Origin: Octopus vulgaris
Lineage: Eukaryota
DNA: 64,000 nucleotides
Reading direction: 5' to 3'
NCBI GenBank assembly: GCA_951406725.2
Contig: OX597818.1
Coordinates: forward strand, 67,766,001 to 67,830,000
Of the stretch, positions 41,393 through 55,545 are shown piece after piece. Positions within the stretch are counted from its first letter, which is position 1, and every line of letters starts with the position of its first letter. Below the pieces are notes generated by a model. It made no database searches and was not told the origin of the DNA. It worked only from the letters and a program-made list of their open reading frames with translations. A program made the position numbers and the translations under genes.

Positions 41393-42157
41393 CTCATTGG
41401 ATATTCAGAAGTTCCTGTGTGTTTGGTTTTAGATCTTTGATTCAGCCATCCACTCAAAGTCTTTCTAAGGCAGAAACATGCTTAAAGTTTGCTTAAAATT
41501 CTCAAAAATAGAACGGCTTTGTGTCTTGTTGTTTACGAGTATTTAAATTGGCTTATATTTCTTAACATGTAGTATATGATAGCTATTACCTACAATTTAG
41601 TGGTTGCCATTAAATAAACGTTCTGAAGGTTTTACCAAATGCATATTAATATAAATAAATCTATTTACGAAATCAAATTCCATCGACCGAACTCAATTAT
41701 GCTATGAATCCAATGTTCTACTTTTGGTTTCGCCGGAAGCCTTACAATATATCAGATTCACATGTTTCCACATTTTATATAAAATTCTTTCTCACAGCAT
41801 ATCATATTATCTCTGTGAGATTCCTTCAACAAAATTTCCTTCTTTTACCGTAATCCTGCTCTACAGGCATTTCACAATGCGCATGTCTGAAAGGAAATTG
41901 ATGATACGCTGTCACATGTAAAGTTAGTCGAAATAAAACTGCAAATGAAGAGAAAACAGCAATTATCTTTAGAATGGAAAACGATATCAACAAAATAATA
42001 ATATTTATCTGAAATATAACAATTATATACGCCCGAAACACTATATTCAATATGAACATTTCCAATCATGAAATAACTAATAACTTACTCCTTCTTTACC
42101 TCACACGCACATATATATAGATACACACACGCACACACACACAGACACAGACACACA

Positions 42158-42237
<80 letters not shown>

Positions 42238-42264
42238 CATAAATATACACACACACATATATAC

Positions 42265-42447
42265 GTCATGATAAGTCATTAGCCACTACACACGTTTTTT
42301 CTGTCCTTGTTTTTCTGTGTCCCTTTCTGTAGAAGAGCGTAGGCTCGAAACGTAAAAGACTTTTTCTATTCCTGAGCGTTATACTAATACATCAGTTTGT
42401 TTTGTACAACAACTGTCTTCGTCTTCTTTTTTTTCGTAAACTCCCCC
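42265..42447 (+). mobile_element. HHR mini-element, subfamily with CUGUNGA core
   Basis: 42323-42358: cttt-CTGTAGA-a-gagc-gtag-gctc-GAAA-cg-TA-aaag; downstream TTCCTGAGCGT...AATAC shared with 14565-14771; ends in (TA)n. Confidence 0.75.
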
Positions 42448-42451
42448 TATA

Positions 42452-42509
<58 letters not shown>

Positions 42510-43212
42510 TAGATAGATAGATAGATATCGAAGTGTGCAGTATAAATCTATTACGGCTCATCTTAGCAATTGTTTTTGCAGTATGGGTTAAACGGAGTGT
42601 TAGGGAACAGCTTCATTATGTAACCCTTGGCTTTTTTAAGGTGGAAGTTTTAAAATGAAATATTACGACTGCTCTCTATTGCTTTTGGAAGTGAAAATAG
42701 CAGATCCGGTTTGTGGTTACTGTGAAAAAGACTACAGAACAAACTGAGCAAGGGTTGTTAAGAAAGTTCATACCAAAAACACCATTTTCTCGATAGATGT
42801 GTATGGGAAATGCGCGTATGTGTATGTCTAAGGACTGGTGTTCTTGTAGAATTGGAATGTGTGAAGTGGTACAACATGAGTAACATTTTTGGGAAAGGCG
42901 GGCTGCCCAAATTGCGCTTTTCGTTTGCGCGTTTTTATTTATGCTTTCGTTAAATTCTTTCAAAAAATTCTTTGGAGCATTTATGTAGGTTTGGAATATG
43001 TGTAGGTGTACTACATGTGTGGGAGCTTTTATTTGGGGTGGGAAAGGATCTATTAGATTAATATCCGCTGTCTTAGGCCCAGTCTGTGCCTGCCCGTGTG
43101 TTTTGTTTGTTTTGGTCAAACTCTGCCGGATTTCTTAGTATTTCTGGTGCCGTGGCCGAAGTTGGAAGACTGCCGGTTATAGTCACGATGGGACACATAA
43201 GTATGATAGGTT

Positions 43213-43350
43213 TTACTTAATTTCATGCGGGCAAGGATTAAAAATTAAATTTTTGCTCTTCCCTTAGATGCCTATGTACTGAGAGACCTTTAATATGGCA
43301 CTTTTCTCAGCTAGGCTTAACCGACACCTCTTGTCGCTATTGATGTATGC
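43213..43350 (-). pseudogene. C-terminal relic of a PLE GIY-YIG domain (probable 3' UTR continuing to ~42540)
   Basis: KRCRLSLAEKSAILK...LIFNPCPHEIK* parallels CKLCLLEKLYIL...ELMNLCRHATK of the 9.8-11.1 kb element. Confidence 0.6.
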
Positions 43351-43896
43351 TTTATGTTGTATGTTTGTTATGGTATGGCAAATAGCAAAAAAAACAAAAA
43401 AAACAAGAAGATATCCCTCAACAACTTGGCGCCAGTCTTGAACTTATAAACTAAATGTAGAAACGGACTTACAGATACGAAATACAAAATGTAGAACATG
43501 TAAAAATCTCCTGATCATCATTCTGCTGTTTGTTTCTCTTTCAATAGAAACGAATGGTAAATCTGAAAGCATTTTTACGAAAATATATTTCCTGCGATAA
43601 TCTCTCACGGATCATTTAGTGACCGTTTATATATATATTTATCTATCGACCATCTCGATGCGAAATGCTAAAGGATTAACAAAATAAAATCAAGAAAGAT
43701 TATTGGATCTCAAGAACTCCACTGATATATACGTGCGTATATGATGACCTGCTCTTTAGCTAAACCTTAAAATAACAAAAATATAAATCAGCTTTTTTCA
43801 GCAGTAACATTGACACAAAACCGAAATACATAGATGATGCCCGATAGAGCAGCGCAGGTCAGGAGAAAAGAAAGATACATCAAATTCTCTCTCTCT

Positions 43897-44196
<300 letters not shown>

Positions 44197-46622
44197 AAGC
44201 ATGTAGCCAGAAAATCAAGAGAAAGAAAGCGGGAGATGGAAACGAGGATGGCTTTCTTAACTCATAACAAATAGAGTTCAGGTTAGTATGAAAAGGAATG
44301 GTTATCCATATCAGAAATCTGGTGACGATGGTCTCTGATCGCACGTGTGAAAATGTAATAAACAAACAAATAAAAAAAGAACGTCACCACCTACTGTAAT
44401 AGCAATGGCAACAACAACACCCATAATAGAAATGACAATAGCGATAAAGAGATAAAGATGAAATTATAAGAGCAGAGTAATGGCACTTGAATGTAGGAAA
44501 GTTTACATTCTGTTTCCTTTTGAAATATTCTTCCATTTTCACATGCCAAATAGACAATGAGCAAGAAAATGTGATATAAATATATATTTTATTTTCTCTT
44601 TTCCTAATTAAGTTATGCTTCTGATATGACATGTTAAACGACTTCCAATGTGCTATGCAACACAAAAATTCTTTAGAAAAACAAAACGAAAAAAATAACC
44701 AAGTAATAAAAGAAAACAAGAGAAACTTGATTTAAACCACATCATTGGGCGTTCATAGTTATGCAGCCACATATTTCGTTTGTTCATTGCAAATAACAGA
44801 TAAACCAACCGCATGAGGTTTATAACCTATAGAACTTCTGTGATAAACGACTCTTTCTAGTTTTGTATTTCTGCAACAGATAACTACAAAAAAAAAAAAA
44901 ACCCTATGCACCTTCTTTACTGAGGCATCGCAATTTTATTGGCACTATCTGATTTTCGCTTTGATTTCAACGTAAAATTTACGCTTGAGATGTTTTCGAT
45001 CAAGAATTCCTAATAACTAGCATGAACAATATATATTATTTTATCATTCTTTCAGAATCGTTCACAAACCAACTCGCCCCATTTATCTTCTCCACCTCTC
45101 CTTACCTCCTTTAACTCCTTTCTCTCTCCTCCATCACTTCACTATTCTCTCTCTCTCTCTTTCTCTCTCCCTCTCTCTCTCTCAATCTCCCTTCTTGTAT
45201 TCTCTATTTCTCTCTTTTTATTTGGTTCTCTCTTCAAGAAGGATTTTTCACTTCTTAAATAGTTTTGTTTTTATTATTTTTTTACCCTCCATTTTTCTTC
45301 TTTTGTATTTTTGTATCTGACTTTTACCGTTTTATTTTATTTTTAATATTTGTATTTTCGTGCTCATTTATTTGGTACTGTTGTTTTGTGGGGTGGAATG
45401 AGGTCTTGTTTTTTTTTTATTATTTTTATTTAACTGCAAATATCTTAAGGATGCTACCATATTCTACATTTGCGACAAAGAATTGCAGTTTATATTCACA
45501 CGTCAAAGAAAACATAAAATTAAAAAATAGATAAATAATAGAACTAATATCAATAACAACAAAGATGGCAGAAAGTCAGACTCAAAATGCCATTTGAGAA
45601 GATGGAAGTAAAGGGAAATTAGTTTTCAAAAAAGAAAGAAATGTCATTGAAAATTGTTAAAGAAAAAAATACAGAATGGAAATAAATAAGAATTTTAAAT
45701 AAGAATCGAAACATTTATTCTCCGAAATGTATTTATAATCTACTTTCTGAGAATATTAGAAAAGTCGATGACATTGGAGTTGAAATATAAATAATTAATC
45801 TCCGACGTCGATTTCGCGTTAATGGTCAACCAATTGTATTTTTGTTATGTTTTCAAACTTCGAAATTTTCGAATTGTCATCGGTTCATGTTTTATATTCA
45901 AAACACACACACACACACTCACACAAACACACACCAGTATGTGACTGAATATATAATTTTTTTTCTATGTTTGTATACATATGTGTGTGTGTGTGTGTTT
46001 CGATTTTGGAGTTGCTTTGAAAGAATAATGCATCTTGTGTGTTGAAACAGATTTCGCTGTCTTTCGGGAGCATCACTGAGCCAATAATCTTCTCCCACAC
46101 TGGTTCTATTTCTCTTCTTTACCATTCGTTAATTGTGTAACTATTTTAGCAAGCAACTAATAAATTGTCCCATTAATTATTCCGTAAATAACTCAATTAC
46201 TCTAGTTTATCGAAGACGTTTCGTCGCCATTCGCCATCTTGTCAGTAACATGGCCTCAATACTCCAGATGAGCTGTAGGTTTGTCTATTTGTCTCTTAGG
46301 GTTTTCGCTTTGTATTTCTGTTGTGTATGAATGTAAATGAGAATGTTTGCGATCGATAAAGCGAGAATGTGTGTAAGTATGTATGCCTGCTTTAATGCGA
46401 GAGTGTCTGTGTGTACTTATATGTTTTAGTGCATTATAGAGCGCATGTATGTGTCTCCGTGTGTGTGTGTGTATGTATGGATGTACGTGTATGAATTTGT
46501 GAAGAGCGTGTATGATAAAACGCTTATTTATGTTTATATTTATCTGTTGGTTCTGTCTTTTTAACTGGACTCTGTGTACGTGTGTATGTCTGAATGTTTA
46601 TATATCTGTGTGTGTGTGTGTA

Positions 46623-46687
<65 letters not shown>

Positions 46688-47462
46688 ATTGTCCAGCTGT
46701 GTTACTTGTTTATGGGATGGTACAATTTAATGACATTCCATCTTTTATTCCGATAACTTAAAGAAATAAGTTTGACGCCTGATCAATTCCATTCCGTCCT
46801 TGCACGCAAACCATCGAGTCCCGCACACGCAAAATAGTTGTGTGCTTAACATAGCAGTGTGGTACCAATGGTGGCGGTGGCCTGGTCTTTACATTTTAAA
46901 TATATATTTTTTTTATTAAGTGATGGCTTCCATTCATTTATTTCGGTAATCTCTCGTATCCATGGTAACTATACGTAATATGGATGCACCCAAACGCACT
47001 TTTGTGCTTGTTGTTTAGCATGTCGTCATGATCTCCATCAGCCTGAAGAGAAGGTAATTTATGTCAGACACCGGTAACCTGTAATCTCAGTGTGGTATCT
47101 CTCCTCCAGTCTGTAAGTATTACTGTTTACTGTAAATGGCCAACGCAGGTATCGCTTCGCGCCGCCAAGAAGCACGTTTTCATTCACACAGACTTACACA
47201 CACACACACAAACATATACAGACACACATACACACACATATATATATACATATATTATATTATGATGTGTGTGTCTATTTAAATAATATATATTAGTAGA
47301 GATATTATTACATTTATAATTATTTGATTAGATGCACATGAAGCTATACATATATGTGTGTGTGTATAGATACAAATATATTCAATATCTGTACCCCACA
47401 CCTAATATTCTCTCTCTCTCTCTCTCTCTCTCTCCATATATATATATATATATATATATATA

Positions 47463-47674
47463 CGGGGTACTGAAAAATATCCTGCGTCTAAGGTTATCAC
47501 GAAGGGGCTGATTGGAGGCCCAACATTTCGAGTTCTTTTATAAGGTTTAGAAAATCTAAAGGACCCCTTCAATTAAGCATGTGAATCTGAGAAGCGAATA
47601 CGCTGAATTAAATCATATTTAACTGATCCTCATGCATTTTCAGTTACCAAAAGACAGGAACTTTTCAGCAGCCC
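47463..47674 (+). mobile_element. Mariner-derived MITE
   Basis: Imperfect TIRs GGGGTACTGAAAAATATCCTG / CAGGAACTTTTCAGCAGCCC; internal relic of the transposase C-terminus. Confidence 0.65.
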
Positions 47675-48094
47675 ACACACCCACACACCCACACACCCAC
47701 ACACCCACCCACACACACATACATACATACAAACATACAAACATACATAAATACATACATACATACATACATACATACATACATACATACGTACGTACAT
47801 ACATAACAGTAGGCGACCCCTAAACAAGCCTTAATTAACTTTGTCTAACTACTCTACTCTTCTATAACTTTGATTGTCTTTCTCTTTCGGGCTTAGGATT
47901 TACTGAGGATATATATATATATATATGTGTATGTGCATGTTTATATATATGTATGCCTGTATACATGTATATACATACATACACACATATATATATATAC
48001 ATATATATATATACGAGCAAACACAAACACACACACATATATACATATATGCCTATATATGCCTGCATATTGACGCATGTGTATGTGTGTTTCA

Positions 48095-48290
48095 AGATTG
48101 TGAAAAAAAAACAAAAGTCAAAAGTCAGATGTACGTGGGGCAACAACAAATAACTTGTATAGTTTGACGCTTCAGAAAACTGGAAATAGTCGTTGACGTT
48201 TCGAGCCTACCATCTTCAGGAATGAATGAAGGGTGGAATCATCTGGTAAGTGTGATAAAAAACGGAGAAAGTAGTTATTACTTTTATAGA
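48095..48290 (-). mobile_element. Degenerate HHR mini-element
   Basis: 48191-48222 (minus): CTGAAGA-tggtaggctc-GAAA-cg-TC-aacg, then family tail TTCTGAAGCGTCAAACTATAC. Confidence 0.6.
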
Positions 48291-48639
48291 AATCAATATA
48301 TATTTATTTGTTTAATACATGCTATTTAGAGTTTAATTGCAATTATGTTTAAATCAATAATTTTAATAAGCACAATTTTTTTCACGCACACATACAAATA
48401 ACAAAACTACATATATCTTCTCTAAAAATTTTTCCCGTCTCACTATACGTATTTTTTATAATCATTATCTGTACACGAATGCAAATTTTTATTACATTTT
48501 GTTTACGTTTTAATCGATTGTCTGACTAATATAATAATTCTAATAAACTCAACGTTTTTTGTCCAAAACAGTCACATTTTTCGGTACAGATTTAATGTCA
48601 ACGGATATTCAATACGATGCATTTTTGCGTGTGCATATA

Positions 48640-49260
48640 TATAAACGAATACAAAATATGGAACAAGAAGGCAACAGGCGACAACAAAACATCCAAACGG
48701 AAGATACAAAAGGGGGTAAGAAAAAACAAGGACGTGTCATTCGGAGTTTTCTATCTTCAGTCGAGTTCCGGATCTTCTCAGCAGTTTTGGCTGGTTATAC
48801 TCGAGACTGCTCCATTCTGGCCAGCCGCAAGAAAAATCTAAGCGTGGAAGAAAGCAGCGAATGTATTCGAAAATAAGGACGGAAGAAAAAACGGAGAAAT
48901 GGTACGCAAATACGAATGGACATTAACAACAGTTGTCTTTCGACTAAGGGCGGGTTAGATTAATCTGGCGTGTGAGGAATGAAGCCTTACGGCAGGCACA
49001 TAAGAGATGACAGGCATGGGAAGGAATATAGATGTTGCACGGATGGAAGTCGGACCAAGAAAGTAAGGTCAGGCTCGGCGGAACAGTGGTCACGTGGAAG
49101 GAGAGGAGAGAGGTAAAGACAGAGGACGAGAAAGAAAGAAAAAAGGAAAGGGAGAGAGTGAGGTAAAAGAGGAAGGAAGGGGAGATTGAAGTGAAGGCCA
49201 AGAAATATGAAAGATGGGGAGAAAAAGAAAGAAGAGGGAAAGAAGTAAGTGTGAAGTGAA
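48640..49260 (-). mobile_element. Probable PLE-type 3' region with variant HHR-like core, ending in TA repeats
   Basis: Minus: CTGAAGA-tagaaaactcc-GAATGAC.CGTCC.TGTT, with a tail similar to 58655-58752 (+). Confidence 0.45.
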
Positions 49261-50875
49261 TGTGGTTGCATGTGTACGTGTGTGTGCGCGTGTGTCTGTG
49301 TCTGTGTGTGTGTACTTACATGTTTATATAAATGCATATGAGAAAGCACTTCCACATCCAACGAGAGAAGTTTAGAGTCATATTGTTCTGTTCGTTTTCT
49401 TGTGGGTGTTTGTTATTATCTTAACAGCTTCAATTTTGATTGGCCAATCGTAAAAAAGTTTGCCACTGCAAAATAATATTGGTATGTTACTCATTTTTCT
49501 CCGCTGATATATTACTGAAACGAGAGAATAAAAGAGTATATTGTGCGTAGCTGCTTATATTATCTTTTTGTCCGTGTGTGCGAGTGTGCATGTGCGCGCG
49601 CGCGTGTGTGTTCCTGTGTGTGTGTGTGTGCGTTTATATGACCATATATGTATTTTCGTGGTTGTGTGTTTCTGAAACAGACGGGCATACATACAGTCAA
49701 ACAGATAACAGATAGATAAAATTCTTCGATTTCTGTTATCAGCAACATTTTTCAAAGTACATGGAACGCCTTTCCAGTTTTCGTTTCAATTTAGATCTCT
49801 GTCAGTTTCCATTTCAAAAGTTCCAAGTTTGGCTTTCATTAAAAATTCTATGTTGAAATGTATTCTTCCTTTTTGGTTCTCTTAAAACTGTATCAATCTG
49901 AACGTGTTCTGTCAACCGGCACCAAACCAGACCCAAATCAACCACATATTGTACATGAACGTGTTTCAAGAAAATGGTGACATATATAAGAGAACGTAGA
50001 CCATGATGTTTTCCTGAAAGCCTGGATGGTCATGGATGGAACTCGTTCGATCATATTCTCTTTGATCTGGCTCTAAGCGACGACAACAACAACAGTTTGG
50101 TTCATTTTCATTAAATATTAATTTCCTTGTAAACATTTTCAACATCTGTTCATATCGGGTTGCCGAACTAAAGTCGGAATTAACAATTATCGGTTGTCTA
50201 CTAGAATTCTTTGAAACTTTCTCATTAATCATCCTACTGTCTAACTATCAGATTATTCTACAGATGCTCAGATGCTGGAGAATTTCAATTTTTTTTTTCT
50301 TAATCTTTTCTTATTTTCTGGGAGAAATTTCTTTTTCGTTTCTGTTTTGTTTTAAATATTCTTATATCGAATTTTTCAAATTACAATTATGTGTCTACCT
50401 AATAAAAAAAAAGAAAAACACAAAATATAAAATATAAAGCTTTTGATTAAAGAAACAGTCGCTACTAAATTAATAAAATCTTTCAAAAAACTGAAATTCT
50501 TGTTAAATTTGCAAAAAAAAATAAATAAATAAAGGTAATAATTAGTTTCGTCTAACGATTCCATTCTGTTTTTAATTTTACTCTTAGAACTGTTCTTGGA
50601 ATTACACATATAAGGACACATACACACAGATATATATATATATATATATATATATGCATGCATGCATACATACATATGCCTGCATATATATTATACAATG
50701 CGAAGTGGCTGGCTAGACGCTGTTTCTTGCGTGCATCGTACGGTTAACCCCAAGGAGCCCTCGCCTCGTATCTCTGCGATCGTATTTAATAAATACATTT
50801 TATTCGGTGCAGTTAATTTTGTGCGAATATCGGATAGATGTTTACATGTGGGTGTGTACACATACACCCAGCTGT

Positions 50876-50911
<36 letters not shown>

Positions 50912-50927
50912 CTTTGTGCTTGTATGT

Positions 50928-51095
50928 GAAGGTGCGTGGCCTTTTGGACAACGACGATGGACTCACGATCGTAAGACCGTGTGTTCGATTCCCAGATCGA
51001 GTGGCATGTAGTTTCTTGAGCAAAATACTTCTGTCTTATTTTGCATCAGTCTACACAGCTCTAAACAGGTAACTTTGCGACGGACGAGTCTTACG
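50928..51095 (+). mobile_element. Degenerate tRNA-derived SINE (family 3-like)
   Basis: B-box GTTCGATTCCCAGA and CTTGAGCAA core. Confidence 0.6.
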
Positions 51096-51349
51096 ATAAG
51101 CAGGATGTCATCATCCGAATGCCATAATTATGGGAAGTGCATTGTGACCAGCGTTTCATGATCGATTACGTGATACACACACACATATATATGTATACAT
51201 ATTTGTGAGTGTATATGTGTGTGAGTGTGTGTGCGCATGTGTGCATGTGTGTATATGTGTGTACTTTCGTACATACACGGATTCAATTAAAATGTAATTC
51301 AAAGATAGGCATTAATTTTGATTAACTAATAGAAGCCGTTCCAATTGAG

Positions 51350-51600
51350 CAATAGTTCCCAACGGGGTCCACATCTCTGTTGGGGTCCATGAAAGATTTT
51401 GCTGATAAACTTTACGTGCAAAAAGTGGTTATACTGCTACAATACACAAAATAATTTATACAATTCTTAATAAGAATTAATTATTAAAATATAATACAAT
51501 TTATTTTTAGATGTTGAACGGCTTTGAGGGTCTAGTTGAGTAAAATAGTAATAGAAGTGATTCCTAGGTAAAAAAATAAATAAAAGATTGGGCACCTCTG
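51350..51600. mobile_element. hAT (Charlie-like) MITE
   Basis: Termini CAATAGTTCCCAAC...GGGGTCC and GATTGGGCACCTCTG resemble CAGTGGTTCCCAA TIRs; no TSD retained. Confidence 0.55.
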
Positions 51601-52638
51601 ATCCATAGAAATCTACAAGGTAACTTGGTCTTCGTCAGTGACTGGTTGCACTGTTGTACTCACTTCTTCACATCTCTGCCAAGAGATCATCATGTCTAAA
51701 AACTGGTCAGCGTGGAACCGAACAGGTAGAATCACAAGGTAACTGATATGTGCTGTACTATGGATGGAGAAGCCTTTGAAAAGTCAGTTCTCTGATTGTT
51801 GCTACAGAGTGTGCGCGGTTAGCAAATTTCATGGAGAATTCAGAGCCATTTCCAGATTCACTTCCGGTCTCTTGCATTTCATGATTTCTTTCATTCTTTT
51901 GAGTTTCTCACAGTACCACTCCTTTGTCGTAGAACAACCAGGTTACAGAAAATAAAAGGAGCAACAAACCTGTCTTCCCAAAAGCAGTAATCATGATGTT
52001 TGGCACTGATTTCGGTCCCTCGAACCCCTAAAAACTTATAGATGCTGTGCGATACCATTCTACTGATGAGCATTCCATGGCTCTGAAAGCTGCGAGCCAT
52101 TTTATTACATCGGAAAGAAACCTGTCTTCACTGGTTTCAGACATGTCAGGTGAGGCAGAGCAGACTTCCTTCATTCTCTCCCTCAAATAAAATATCTACC
52201 ACTTTGGTATCTGCAACCGAAAGTACCTACTACACTTTTTCTCTTTTCTAATCTCTCAATTGCTTCATCTTCTTCTCAATTACATTTTCAACACTGACCA
52301 CTCTGGTGGTTATTCTTAGTGGTCACTCTGGACAATGGATTGTCTGAAACTATGCAGCTTGTCTTCCACGCAAATTTGCCCTCCTTCAAACGTCTTCTCT
52401 GTAGGCATTGTCCTGGTCAATGGTGACATCTCCATCATAGTGTGATGTGGGACAGCCTACACAGCCTGTCTGCATAACTCGATAAAATATCTTGCGTCTC
52501 ACTGGGATTTTTTTTTCTCGGAATTGAAAAAGAGTTACTACGGAGTAAAAGGTAAAAAACATTTGCAATTTGAAAGACATCTGTCAGCAAAAATGTAAAG
52601 CTCAACTTTCTGTGTGAGAGTGTGAGCCCGTATTTATT

Positions 52639-52695
<57 letters not shown>

Positions 52696-52717
52696 ATATA
52701 TATATATGTATTTCTAA

Positions 52718-52935
52718 ATTCTTAATTGCCCACAAGCGGCTAAGCATAGAGGGGACAAACAAGGACAAAAGGATTAATTTGATTAGATTGACCCCTGTGC
52801 GTAACTGGTAGTTAATTTATCGATTCCGAAAGAATGAAAGGCAAAGTCGACCTCGGTGGAATTTGAACTCAGAACGTAGTGGCAGATGAAATACGGCTAA
52901 GCATTTCACCCGGCGTGCTAACGTTTCTGCCAGCT
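52718..52935 (-). mobile_element. Family-2 SINE, well preserved
   Basis: Close reverse-complement match to 3678-3915. Confidence 0.88.
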
Positions 52936-52941
52936 ATATAT

Positions 52942-53047
<106 letters not shown>

Positions 53048-53054
53048 ATATCCA

Positions 53055-53089
<35 letters not shown>

Positions 53090-53100
53090 GTATATATATA

Positions 53101-53495
53101 GGCGCAGGAGTGGCTGTGTGGCAAGTAGGTTGCTAACCAACCACATGGTTCCAGGTTCAGTCCCACTGCGTGGCATCTTGGGCAAGTGTCTTCTGCTATA
53201 GCCCCGGGCCGACCAATGCCTTGTGAGTGGATTTGGTAGACGGAAACTGAAAGAAGCCTGTCGTATATATGTATATATATATATGCGTGTGTGTTTGCGT
53301 GTCTGCTTGTCCCCCTAGCATTGCTTGACAACCAATGCTGGTGTGTTTAGGTCCCGTCACTTAGCGGTTCGGCAAAAAGAGACCGATAGTATAAATACTG
53401 AGCTTACAAAGAATAAGTCTCGGGGTCGATTTGCTCGACTAAAGGCGGTGCTCCAGCATGGCGGCAGTCAAATGACTGAAACAAGTAAAAGAAAA
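53101..53495 (+). mobile_element. Full-length tRNA-derived CORE-type SINE (family 1; octopus OR-type)
   Basis: A-box TGGCTGTGTGG, B-box GGTTCAGTCCC, CORE-like CTTGGGCAAGT, internal TA/TG tract, tail GAAACAAGTAAAAG. Confidence 0.9.
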
Positions 53496-53555
53496 AAATA
53501 TATATATATATACACATATATATACATATATATATTTATACATACATACATGCAT

Positions 53556-53606
<51 letters not shown>

Positions 53607-54370
53607 TCATTTGCATGTCCTCGGCAATTTATTTGGGTTTTTCCTTCTCTTATGGTCTGGATAGATTTGTGGAAACGATTTTTCTATTTTCCTGCTGTGC
53701 TGTGTTATCGGGAGGTTCGGTCAGTCAATGAGAAGCACCTACTTTCTTCTACACCATTTTATTCTCACCTGTATAGTTTTACGCCATGAACAACCACCTA
53801 TTTCTATCTCTGTGAGAGAAGTGTTGATGAAGGTGACGAATCAGACGACGACGGTGATGGGACTGAGGGTGATTACGATGATGAAGTTGATAATGATCAT
53901 AATGATCATGATCATGATCATGATGATGATGATGACTACAACGATGAGGATAATAATGATGAGGTGGTGGAGAAGTAGCAGGAGGAAGAAGGGGTAGGGG
54001 AAGGACAACAACAATAGCGATGATGTTCCGTCGGCGGAAGCGAAAAGGATGTTGTTGAAGTTGATGAACGTATCGATGTTGACTACGTTGACGTCAACAA
54101 TGACCACGGCGATATCGATGACAATGTTGACGACGATGACGGTGATGCAGGCAATGCTGACAAAGATTAATCGCTTACATTTACGTAGAGATTTTTTTTT
54201 TTTTTTTTGCTGAAAAGATTAAGGTCAGGAAAATTAGAAGTTTAATGAACTGAAATGAAGAGTAGCTTAACAATCGGCACCGAAATAATCGATAAAACAT
54301 TAAGAGGAAAATAACTGTCTGTGATACACTTTCGATTTCTAGTTGGAATCAGTTCACTTCTTTAGATTGC

Positions 54371-54438
<68 letters not shown>

Positions 54439-54439
<1 letters not shown>

Positions 54440-54982
54440 TGCCCTGATGCAGTCCCAGGCAGTGGCTCTCGTGGCTTCTGATCTTAACTGATTGGAAGTG
54501 TTATCAGGTACATTGTTTTGTTTTGGTATTAAAAGATGGGCTACAGCAAATATTCTGCTCAATACCGCAGATTTGGTTGTCAGTTGTTTGACCTTAAACA
54601 GTTGAGCATGTCCCTTAGGGGCTGACGATATGCGCATCTCTGATCATGAGGAAGAGTAGTGGAGGAGCATTATAGCCATGTGTTGAGAGGAATTCTGTGG
54701 GGTTTGAATAATTCACCTCTGGAAACATGGGTGTTTCGTTCAACATCCTTAAACAACCCTTGTTCAGGGAACTTCTAAGCAGGATGAGCTGCTCGGCTTG
54801 AAGAAAATTCTAGCTGGGCCCCACCAGCAAGGTCATGAGCTATTTACCTTGATACTATGTCACTATGTCACCCATATGTGCTTGGTGTACCCTTGTGAGT
54901 TTGGTAGTTATGATGGGTATATTGGGCCTCGTATGTTTTACACCAATGTCTCTTTAATAGCATGTATTGCTCGCTCACTCAG
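54439..54982. mobile_element. ~540-bp non-coding element flanked by (TAA)n
   Basis: (TAA)n on both sides; diverged shorter copy at 55021-55370. Confidence 0.7.
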
Positions 54983-55020
54983 TAATAATAATAATAATGA
55001 TAATAATAATAATAATAATA

Positions 55021-55370
55021 TCCCTGTTGAAGTTTCAGGCAGTGGCTCTCGTAGCCTCTGATCTTAACCATTTGGAAACGTTATCACGTACTTGTGTTTC
55101 TTGGTGTAAAAGATGGGCTACAGCAATTATTCCGCATTATATCTTAGATTTGTTTGCACCTGCTTAACCTGGATGAGTATATCCCTTAGTGGTTCGCGAA
55201 TCGTGCATCTCCGATCATGAGCAGGAGGAGCATCATCGCCAGTTGCTGAAAGGAATTCTTTGGGATCTAAATAATTCACCTCAAGAAACTAGGCATATTG
55301 TTCATCATACTTAACACTTATACAAGGGCTACTAGACCGGGTCGGGATACTTAACCTCAAGAAAATTCAA
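55021..55370. mobile_element. Second, truncated and more diverged copy of the (TAA)n-flanked element
   Basis: Collinear with 54439-54810 (CAGGCAGTGGCTCTCGT, AAAAGATGGGCTACAGCAA, AATTCACCTC); flanked by (TAA)n. Confidence 0.75.
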
Positions 55371-55507
55371 GATAATAATAATAATAATAATAATAATATA
55401 TTTTTAGTCCAGTGTCATTAATTAACGAATCAGTGTTACATAATTAGCTACCTTGCTTCATTATTGGACCTAACTGATCGGAAGAGTTTTATTAATAATT
55501 TAGATCA

Positions 55508-55545
<38 letters not shown>

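Noticed and set aside
46212-46249. HHR-like CTGACAA...GAAACGTC on the minus strand
   Set aside because: G8 is missing and stems I and II do not pair.
52057-52098. CTGATGA...GAAA motif
   Set aside because: No NUH triplet (UG) and no stem I.
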